Virus record (IMG/VR): IMGVR_UViG_3300002835_000128
Strand: one strand, 5' to 3'
Origin: an uncultured virus (IMG/VR IMGVR_UViG_3300002835_000128)
Taxonomy: Duplodnaviria; Heunggongvirae; Uroviricota; Caudoviricetes
DNA length: 20,000 bases
Shown here one piece after another: positions 13,922 through 20,000 of this stretch. Made by a program: the position numbers and the translations under genes. How positions within the stretch are numbered: the stretch's first letter is position 1; every line of letters starts with the position of its first letter. The notes under the pieces are model-generated. The model did not search any database, was not told the origin of the DNA, and saw nothing but the letters and a program-made list of their open reading frames with translations.

Positions 13922-15496
13922 TTAGGTATTTTTAGATTTTTTTATCAACTTATCCTGCACTATCAGGAAGTCTAAACTAGTTGTTGTCAAAATGTCAAGA
14001 GCATCTTTAACGGTAGTAATCATTGGATTACCATTCACATTAAAAGAGGTGTTCAACAAAATATTCATTGATCCAAGCAATTCGTAAAGAAAACTGTTCT
14101 GCTCTTTTTTCACCGTTTGAATTCTTGCCGTTCCATCAACATGGGTAATCGATGGATATTTTTCTCTATACTCAATTCGAACTTTTGGTGAAAATGACAT
14201 GAATCTGGACTCATAATCAAATTCAAAATACTTGTTTCTATCTTCGAATCTCACAACTGGAGCAAATGGTCGAAACCATTCACGATTTTTTATCTTGTTT
14301 AACTTATCTTTCATTCCGGGAAAAGAAGGATCACAAATCATACTTCTATTTCCCAAAGCTCTTGGTCCAACTTCAGAATTACCTCGTATTACACCAAATA
14401 TGTTACCTTGTTTCAGTAAAAAAGAAACTTCATTCAAATCCAAATCTGTAACCTCATAATCCGATGCAAGTGAATCAAATTCGTTCAGGTCAAGTATCGG
14501 TGCACCACAATAGGTTACGTCAATTTGTTCATTTGGTACATTTACTAAAAATAACTGACCTAAAGATATGCCACTATCATCTACATTCGGCGGAACGAAA
14601 ACTTTGTTACCGTATTTTTTACGTATTTCTTCATTCAGTAGTACATTTAGTCCGCAACCACCTGATATGATGATAGGATCGTTGTCAACATAGGATTCTA
14701 CAAGTTTAAAAAATTCTTTTTCAAAAACAAATTGATTTGTTGCAGCCAAATCATACGCTAGTTGTCCCGAATACTGTTTACAAAAAGGATTTGCTTTAAA
14801 CTCCTCTTCGTTTACATGTTCCAGTCCTGTTGCAGACTTTAATTCGTTTAAACTGCCGGTTTTATAGAAATATGTGAATCCTTCAATCCATTCTTTTCTA
14901 ATTTTACCATAAGCAACTAAGCCCATGAGTTTACCAGCATAGCCAACCATGGGCTTTATTTTTCCACCTTGGTCCTTCTTTATATCTTCAAGTATAAATG
15001 AGATTTGTCTATAACATTTACCAAAAGAAGGGACTTCCAATCTTTTAATGTGCTCAATCAGTCCATCAAATTTATAAATGTTGAATCGACCATCATTTCC
15101 AGCGCCATCAAATGAAATGACTGTTCCTTTTGTATAAGGAGATTGATAGGCACTACAGGCTGCATGGGAAAGGTGATGGTCTAATAAAACATACTTTTTA
15201 GCATGAACTAATTTTTTGATTTCCTCAATTAATACCAATGTTTTAAATTGAACACGTAAAGTATGACCAGGAAAAGCACAAACATCGAAGGTTTCTCCGA
15301 TGCCGTAATGCGATTTCATTATTTTTAGTGAATCTGCTATAATTTTTATAGCTTCATCTTTTGAAACGCTGAGTAAACTGAAATATCTTTGTTTAACCAA
15401 CCTTTCAATTTCAAAAGTGTAATATTTTCCGTTTTTCTCGATACTAATTGAAGCGCCATGCTGAAAATAAAAAGAAATATTACACTTTTCGATCAT
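13922..15496 (-). CDS. O-carbamoyltransferase, NodU/CmcH/TobZ family
   Basis: DHHLSHA, DGAG, AGKLMGLVAYG, SGGCGLNV, EVGPRALGNRS, KNREWFRPFAP, HVDGTARIQTV, LNTSFN. Confidence 0.93.
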   Translation of the reverse strand: MIEKCNISFYFQHGASISIEKNGKYYTFEIERLVKQRYFSLLSVSKDEAIKIIADSLKIMKSHYGIGETFDVCAFPGHTLRVQFKTLVLIEEIKKLVHAKKYVLLDHHLSHAACSAYQSPYTKGTVISFDGAGNDGRFNIYKFDGLIEHIKRLEVPSFGKCYRQISFILEDIKKDQGGKIKPMVGYAGKLMGLVAYGKIRKEWIEGFTYFYKTGSLNELKSATGLEHVNEEEFKANPFCKQYSGQLAYDLAATNQFVFEKEFFKLVESYVDNDPIIISGGCGLNVLLNEEIRKKYGNKVFVPPNVDDSGISLGQLFLVNVPNEQIDVTYCGAPILDLNEFDSLASDYEVTDLDLNEVSFLLKQGNIFGVIRGNSEVGPRALGNRSMICDPSFPGMKDKLNKIKNREWFRPFAPVVRFEDRNKYFEFDYESRFMSFSPKVRIEYREKYPSITHVDGTARIQTVKKEQNSFLYELLGSMNILLNTSFNVNGNPMITTVKDALDILTTTSLDFLIVQDKLIKKSKNT

Positions 15497-15684
15497 TTTT
15501 CCTTTTTCTCAACATTTACTTCCGTTTTTTCACTTACAACATTGTGAAATACGGCAACTTTGAACGGTTTCCAATAACGACAAAATACATTGTTCAAAAA
15601 AAGTATCGATAATCCGAGAATAATCAAAGATACGCTAAGTAAGATTGATCCGGCTAGAAAAATTACAGCTGTTTCAATATTCAT
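15493..15684 (-). CDS. small membrane protein
   Basis: Long hydrophobic N-terminal segment; ATGA overlap with the carbamoyltransferase gene. Confidence 0.7.
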   Translation of the reverse strand: MNIETAVIFLAGSILLSVSLIILGLSILFLNNVFCRYWKPFKVAVFHNVVSEKTEVNVEKKEK

Positions 15685-15720
15685 CAATTGCAGTTCCGTT
15701 AAAAGTTAAAAAAATCAGTT

Positions 15721-16203
15721 TTACTCGTCATCACTTTCTTCCCAATCTTCGACCAGGTCGTAAAGGTTCCAATGTTCGATCAAATATTCAGGAATATCCT
15801 CTAAAGATTCAGGATTTCCACTTTCATACTCATATTCTTCAGATTCACCTTCATAAAATCTTCCGACAAATGACATTCCTTCTTCCAAAAATGAAGCATC
15901 AACATTAATGTCAGAATCATCTAGAAATTCATACAATTCTATCGGCGGTCCCCAAGGTGAATCGAACCAAAAATGAATTCCTTCATCATCCCTAGTCCAA
16001 TCTTGTGCATCACAGTTCCATTTACAACCCCAATTCTGTAAGGCCCATCCATACCACTCATCACCTTCAGCAATTTCTTGCGGAATAGGTCTAAAGAATG
16101 AAAACCATCCTTTTCCATTGTTTTCTTCCAAAAAGTTTTCAAAAGAATCTAAAACTTTTTCATCAGCATTAATTGTAATGGTATTATTGCACCAGTTGGG
16201 CAT
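15721..16203 (-). CDS. YubB/DUF1281-like (Api92-like) ferredoxin-fold protein
   Basis: MPNWCNN start, W...NWGCKWN, FDSPWGPP, EEGMSFVG. Confidence 0.75.
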   Translation of the reverse strand: MPNWCNNTITINADEKVLDSFENFLEENNGKGWFSFFRPIPQEIAEGDEWYGWALQNWGCKWNCDAQDWTRDDEGIHFWFDSPWGPPIELYEFLDDSDINVDASFLEEGMSFVGRFYEGESEEYEYESGNPESLEDIPEYLIEHWNLYDLVEDWEESDDE

Positions 16204-16207
16204 AAAA

Positions 16208-16579
16208 TTACTCCTGTTTTGTCTTAATATCAGATTCTTTGCTCATCGTAACAATGTTTTTCGTTTTTTTCAGGTAATTTTTGAACCATTTTGTCGATTT
16301 CGTTGTCTTTCTAAGTACACAACCACCTAATCTGCCGCCTACAAGGTTTCTAACATACACCAAAGGGTCAGAAAATATCGCCTCAAACGATTCATCGAAC
16401 TCCAGGACGCCATTATCGTTTACCTTAAAGAAGGCAATGTGATATTTGTCGCCCATTTGAGTGTGCTCTATCTTTTCACCTCGATCCCTTTTCTTTTGAA
16501 ACTCGAAAAATGACAACTGTAGCTCATCGTCATACTCTCCGGGCGTAAAAAAGAAGCCGTCAAAGTCAACTTTATTCAT
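16208..16579 (-). CDS. hypothetical phage protein
   Basis: 123-aa ORF with AGGAG SD. Confidence 0.8.
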   Translation of the reverse strand: MNKVDFDGFFFTPGEYDDELQLSFFEFQKKRDRGEKIEHTQMGDKYHIAFFKVNDNGVLEFDESFEAIFSDPLVYVRNLVGGRLGGCVLRKTTKSTKWFKNYLKKTKNIVTMSKESDIKTKQE

Positions 16580-16733
16580 TCGTAAACTCCTTTTGAATTA
16601 TTTTTTTGTTGGAATTACGATTATAATACTTTTTACTCTCAACAATTCTAATTCTGTATTTAGGACTCAACAAATCCTTCAATAGGAGGTTCCTTTGAGC
16701 TATTTTTTTTGATACTTTTTTGCATTTTTTCAT
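16572..16733 (-). CDS. small basic hypothetical protein
   Basis: RNLLLKDLLSPKYRIRIVESKKYYNR; internal ATG at 16733 preferred over the ORF-track start. Confidence 0.6.
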   Translation of the reverse strand: MKKCKKVSKKIAQRNLLLKDLLSPKYRIRIVESKKYYNRNSNKKIIQKEFTNE

Positions 16734-17160
16734 ATTTTTTGTCCAAGAGTCCAAAAACCTTGGCTGCCAAGACCTTTTCTTTTGACCAAGCATCAATTTC
16801 CCAAGGCAATTCATAATAGTTTACTCGACTTTTGATAACTCTTTTGCCTTTCCAGTAGGTCGAGCGACCTTTTTGTTCAATCTGGCCAGTCACGAACTGC
16901 TTAATGTGTACCATTTCGTGAGCCAAAATCTCGACCATACGCTCAAAATTCAACCGAGGGTCAAGTCCAAGTGCATAGCAACCCTTAATCAAGGGTACGG
17001 CCATACCATGAGCATTGTGTACATTGCGAATTTCTTTATTGGCAAAGACCAATAGATTGAATTTTTTCTTTTCAATCTTTAATTCACGAGCAAACAGCTC
17101 GATACACGCCTCGATTAAGTCCCGGCGGTCACTTTTCCGCATATCAAAAACGATTTCCAT
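16660..17160 (-). CDS. HExxH zinc metallopeptidase-like protein
   Basis: ILAHEMVHIKQ plus downstream PWEIDA. Confidence 0.8.
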   Translation of the reverse strand: MEIVFDMRKSDRRDLIEACIELFARELKIEKKKFNLLVFANKEIRNVHNAHGMAVPLIKGCYALGLDPRLNFERMVEILAHEMVHIKQFVTGQIEQKGRSTYWKGKRVIKSRVNYYELPWEIDAWSKEKVLAAKVFGLLDKKYEKMQKSIKKNSSKEPPIEGFVES

Positions 17161-17164
17161 AATT

Positions 17165-17476
17165 TTAAAATGTATTTAAGGTTGGAGAATACTTAGCAAT
17201 GAGCTCACGCTCCCTTTGATAAGCAGGTTTACGACCACGTACCACTTCAATCACACAATAATTTAGGCCTTCTGGCTGGTTTTCACGTAAAAAGTTATAG
17301 AGTTTCCAATTCTTAGATTCACATTTAGCTCTAGACCAATGTTTCTGAACACGTACTTTAACGGAACGTAGAAAAGCACGGCCGGTAGCAACAGTAAGCC
17401 CAATATAAGAATCACCAGTGTCCTCAGACCAAATCGAATATAAAACATAATTTCGGTCATTCCGCTTCTTACGCAT
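17165..17476 (-). CDS. stand-alone GIY-YIG nuclease-domain protein
   Basis: YVLY...SYIGLT, R..KH, conserved E in RERELI, PTLN. Confidence 0.75.
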   Translation of the reverse strand: MRKKRNDRNYVLYSIWSEDTGDSYIGLTVATGRAFLRSVKVRVQKHWSRAKCESKNWKLYNFLRENQPEGLNYCVIEVVRGRKPAYQRERELIAKYSPTLNTF

Positions 17477-17699
17477 TTTTAAAACCTAGGTTATACTCAA
17501 CCATTACCATTTTAGCGATATTGATATACTGCCTTGCAGCCTCAGTATCAAACTCAAGCATCTCCTGAGCATCCGACAGATAACTCGCCACGACCATACC
17601 AGGACCCGAAAGCTTCATACTAATTGAATTCTCAATTGATTCCAAAATCTGTGCCTTAGGGCCACCGTATGCTTGCATTTCCCATTCCAAATTACTCAT
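17469..17699 (-). CDS. hypothetical phage protein
   Basis: 76-aa ORF with AGGAG SD. Confidence 0.75.
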   Translation of the reverse strand: MSNLEWEMQAYGGPKAQILESIENSISMKLSGPGMVVASYLSDAQEMLEFDTEAARQYINIAKMVMVEYNLGFKNA

Positions 17700-17709
17700 T
17701 TCATCTCCT

Positions 17710-17982
17710 TTATTTCATCACAATCAGAGCCAACAGAATACTGTTAAAAAAGAATCCCACGGCGTTACTGATAATATACAATTTGTCATTCCGACCTAAT
17801 GCACGTACCAGAAACAGAAACAAGCCCGACCACACCATGAGCACCATACTCAGGGGTGGGAGCTTATCACTATACCCTAGAATCACACCAAGGCTCGTTG
17901 GCAGGGTTGCCGCATGGATCAGTACCATACCCACCCAACCGCAGGCCTCACTCAAATCAAATTTATCTTTTCTCTTAACCAT
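17710..17982 (-). CDS. three-TM membrane protein
   Basis: Three hydrophobic segments; ATG at 17982 preferred because 17997 lies inside the promoter. Confidence 0.75.
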   Translation of the reverse strand: MVKRKDKFDLSEACGWVGMVLIHAATLPTSLGVILGYSDKLPPLSMVLMVWSGLFLFLVRALGRNDKLYIISNAVGFFFNSILLALIVMK

Positions 17983-17988
17983 GTCTCC

Positions 17989-18016
17989 ATTATACACAAA
18001 TGGGCACGGTTGTCAA
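17989..18016 (-). promoter_or_regulatory. sigma70-type promoter
   Basis: TTGACA (18016-18011), 16 nt, TATAAT (17994-17989). Confidence 0.85.
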
Positions 18017-18109
18017 GGGCTTGTCAGAAAGTAAAGGAATGTTGCAAAAACCGCAAGGATTGTTAACCATTCGACAATTGTAAATTGTTTAACAATCCAA
18101 TAATAAAGT

Positions 18110-18274
18110 TTATATTTTGTCAAGGCCCTGTGGATCTTGTCCATTTTGTTTTTTCGCCTCATCTAAAACAGCCAGTAAATCATTCACCGGTATCTTATTC
18201 ATACCCCAATAATCCGAATAAATCACCGTGGCCGTATTGGCCTCTTTTTTCGGAAATGGGATAATATTACTCAT
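18110..18274 (-). CDS. small hypothetical protein (MSNIIPFPKK...)
   Basis: ATGA overlap with the upstream small ORF; shorter than the ORF-track call. Confidence 0.65.
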   Translation of the reverse strand: MSNIIPFPKKEANTATVIYSDYWGMNKIPVNDLLAVLDEAKKQNGQDPQGLDKI

Positions 18275-18420
18275 ACCACGCTCGCCATAAACGCCGCTGC
18301 ATTGGCCGCCGAGACCACCAAGGAAGACCATCCCAAGAAGTTCAGCTCTTCCATAAAATAATAATCCGCTGCCCGCCAAAAAACAACCGCACAGAAAAGA
18401 TTTACCATTAGCATTAACAT
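18271..18420 (-). CDS. 49-aa two-TM membrane protein (MLMLMVNLFCAVVFWRAADYY...)
   Basis: Hand-translated; AGGTG SD. Confidence 0.65.
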   Translation of the reverse strand: MLMLMVNLFCAVVFWRAADYYFMEELNFLGWSSLVVSAANAAAFMASVV

Positions 18421-18428
18421 TTTTTCAC

Positions 18429-18656
18429 CTAGGTAAAGAAAGTGTCCACGATCCTCGGCGCTTCCAAACCAGAGACCTCAAAGACCTGTGCCTTTGCCAC
18501 GGCCACCGAGATTTCCTCTTCATAGTCATTTCCATAGTAACACACCTCACGGAGTAAGTCAACACATTGACCCTCATTCTCCGCTACGGCCACCCATGAT
18601 CCACCATACTCGGAAGATGGAAATGGTACCCAATAATTTCCTACGTATAGATTCAT
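18429..18656 (-). CDS. hypothetical phage protein
   Basis: YWVPFPSSEYGG segment; AGGAG SD; TGATG coupling. Confidence 0.75.
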   Translation of the reverse strand: MNLYVGNYWVPFPSSEYGGSWVAVAENEGQCVDLLREVCYYGNDYEEEISVAVAKAQVFEVSGLEAPRIVDTFFT

Positions 18657-18805
18657 CAATCAATCTCCTTTTCTATATTCTTCTTGAGAAATACACGAGC
18701 AAATTCAACCTTGAATCCATCGATATCTCGCTTCATATCCTTCTGTGCCTCCTGAAAGGTAGTACAACCACAGAGGAAGATAGAAAATATAATTAAGCCT
18801 CTCAT
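18656..18805 (-). CDS. 49-aa putative lipoprotein (MRGLIIFSIFLCGCTTFQE...)
   Basis: Hand-translated; signal peptide with LCG-C lipobox-like motif. Confidence 0.65.
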   Translation of the reverse strand: MRGLIIFSIFLCGCTTFQEAQKDMKRDIDGFKVEFARVFLKKNIEKEID

Positions 18806-18806
18806 A

Positions 18807-19031
18807 TTAATCCAGTAGTGTCATGTAGGCCTTAGTATTATTCTCCAGAAACCAATCGATACCTTTACGGAGACCAATGTAATCACCGAGCATCTCGCAG
18901 CCTTTGAGATAATCATAGACGGCGACTTCCTCGGGGGTTAACATAATGGACTCACCGGAGAATGGGTTGCTCACAGAAACATTCTCAGTGTCGTAAACTT
19001 GAATTCCTGGGAAATCATTGAAAATAGACAT
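18807..19031 (-). CDS. hypothetical phage protein
   Basis: 74-aa ORF with AAGGA SD. Confidence 0.75.
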   Translation of the reverse strand: MSIFNDFPGIQVYDTENVSVSNPFSGESIMLTPEEVAVYDYLKGCEMLGDYIGLRKGIDWFLENNTKAYMTLLD

Positions 19032-19046
19032 AGTGTATCCTTAGAG

Positions 19047-19090
19047 TGTGGACAAAGAATGAACAAAGGGTGGACAAAGGGTGGACAGAG
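19047..19090. repeat. four tandem 11-bp imperfect repeats
   Basis: TGTGGACAAAG AATGAACAAAG GGTGGACAAAG GGTGGACAGAG. Confidence 0.8.
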
Positions 19091-19212
19091 ACTCCTGGAG
19101 GAATTCCTGGCCGGAAAAAATTTCTCTGAGACTTTTTGTGGGAGCAGCAAGGGATCCTTAAACAAAAGTAGACCTGCTTTAGAGGACTCCTTCCAACTGT
19201 TCCTGGCGCTTT

Positions 19213-19362
19213 TTACCCCACCTCTATTGGGCCATATATGGACTCCCACTCACTTGCAATCCAATCATAGGGTAGCTCAGTAAAGGCGGCCACCTCATCT
19301 ATACTATAGCCATCTTCGAGCATCTCCTGAGCCATTATTAGCTTATCTTTTAGCTTTCCCAT
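19213..19362 (-). CDS. 49-aa protein, possibly HTH-like (MGKLKDKLIMAQEMLEDGYSIDEVAAFTELPYDWI...)
   Basis: Hand-translated; GGGAG SD; G.SI.EVA..T.LP pattern. Confidence 0.65.
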   Translation of the reverse strand: MGKLKDKLIMAQEMLEDGYSIDEVAAFTELPYDWIASEWESIYGPIEVG

Positions 19363-19538
19363 TCATTCTCCCAATACCAAAGTCCATCATCATCACGGTC
19401 AGGTCCATGCCATCTTGGATCGGAGCCATACATCTCCTCGAGCATGGCATCATACTGAGCCTCCACCATGGCATCAATAGCTTCCTGAGCTAGCTCCTGG
19501 AGCTCTTGGTTAATCTCATCGAAACTGGACACCACCAT
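19350..19538 (-). CDS. small acidic hypothetical protein
   Basis: ATG at 19538 with AGGAG SD. Confidence 0.7.
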   Translation of the reverse strand: MVVSSFDEINQELQELAQEAIDAMVEAQYDAMLEEMYGSDPRWHGPDRDDDGLWYWENEWES

Positions 19539-19549
19539 TGTATCTCCTG

Positions 19550-19726
19550 TCAAGGTGTAGGTGAGGCAAACATACGGGCTCCATCTGACATAAAACGGCG
19601 AAGTTCAGCCCGAACCACAGAGGGGTACTCATCGATGTTATCCAAAATAAACTCTAAGGCACCTAAGGTATCATAGCCCCAGGAATCTTTCATGGAGTTC
19701 ACTTCGCTCATAAGGTTATCGTACAT
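19550..19726 (-). CDS. 58-aa hypothetical protein (MYDNLMSEVNSMKDSWG...)
   Basis: Hand-translated; AGGAG SD; TAATG coupling. Confidence 0.7.
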   Translation of the reverse strand: MYDNLMSEVNSMKDSWGYDTLGALEFILDNIDEYPSVVRAELRRFMSDGARMFASPTP

Positions 19727-19818
19727 TATACACTCCTATCCAGATAAGCATCATACACAATGTAAAGGCCACTTAGAATGGCCAGGGCACTGAAAATAAT
19801 ATCAATTGTTTCCATCAT
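19726..19818 (-). CDS. 30-aa single-TM micropeptide (MMETIDIIFSALAILSGLYIVYDAYLDRSV)
   Basis: Hand-translated; GGGGTG SD; coupled to both neighbours. Confidence 0.6.
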   Translation of the reverse strand: MMETIDIIFSALAILSGLYIVYDAYLDRSV

Positions 19819-19819
19819 A

Positions 19820-19900
19820 TCACCCCAAAGTAGTAACAGAACCGTGAGCCAGGTAGCCCCAGATTATCAAACCCGCAAATAGTATCAAAATCGCAATCAT
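19820..19900 (-). CDS. 26-aa single-TM micropeptide (MIAILILFAGLIIWGYLAHGSVTTLG)
   Basis: Hand-translated; GGAG SD; first gene after the promoter. Confidence 0.6.
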   Translation of the reverse strand: MIAILILFAGLIIWGYLAHGSVTTLG

Positions 19901-19931
19901 CTCAATCTCCAAATCATCTCATCACGGTGCC

Positions 19932-19960
19932 ATTATGGCAGAAAGGGAGGGTTTTGTCAA
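19932..19960 (-). promoter_or_regulatory. sigma70-type promoter
   Basis: TTGACA (19960-19955), 17 nt, CATAAT (19937-19932). Confidence 0.8.
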
Positions 19961-20000
19961 GCGATATTTTTTGTTATGAAAGTGATAACTCCCGAGCAGG

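Noticed and set aside
17165..17476. Intron-encoded homing endonuclease
   Set aside because: It is only a 103-aa catalytic-type domain with no DNA-binding extension, and no interrupted host gene or intron structure flanks it.
18118..18123. Extra TTGACA hexamer on the minus strand
   Set aside because: No acceptable -10 box lies at 16-18 nt spacing.
19047..19090. CRISPR array
   Set aside because: The repeats are 11 bp and directly adjacent, with no spacers.
14232..19283. Short shadow ORFs (14232+, 14266+, 14464+, 15645+, 15939-, 16118+, 16873+, 17263-, 17669+, 18488+, 18971-, 18999+)
   Set aside because: They overlap better-supported minus-strand genes; 18971- and 18999+ merely read through the repeat-containing gap.

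Overview
Fragment of a large T4-like tailed phage genome, inferred from the T4-type RNase H, a WYL_2/DUF2693-type protein and many tiny ORFs. A Gram-negative host is suggested by a lipobox, an rrn-type boxA and the sugar-modification genes. Nearly everything is on the minus strand. In transcription order (right to left): small early-type genes behind consensus sigma70 promoters; GIY-YIG, HExxH and YubB-like proteins; a NodU/CmcH carbamoyltransferase; a 27-gene tRNA array covering all 20 amino acids (9996-13672) with embedded WYL_2-like and YkuK-like genes; a peptidase S11; a lone plus-strand gene; a metallophosphoesterase; RNase H; a nucleotide-sugar cluster (cytidylyltransferase, GT2, rmlC, galE); clpP; and a SWIM protein. 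Top finding: the tRNA array is headed by an apparent ribosome-dependent transcription attenuator. It consists of a promoter, a 42-codon leader ORF (13747-13875, absent from the ORF track) that uses all 20 amino acids by codon 34, and mutually exclusive antiterminator/terminator hairpins. This suggests a general tRNA-shortage sensor that switches on phage tRNAs. Also notable: an internal promoter with an rrn-like boxA and a pseudoknotted ncRNA candidate, a long-variable-arm tRNA-Ile(UAU), a recurrent TGTTG-N8-CAACA site, and several apparently leaderless mRNAs. All calls were made by eye, with no database searches or folding programs.
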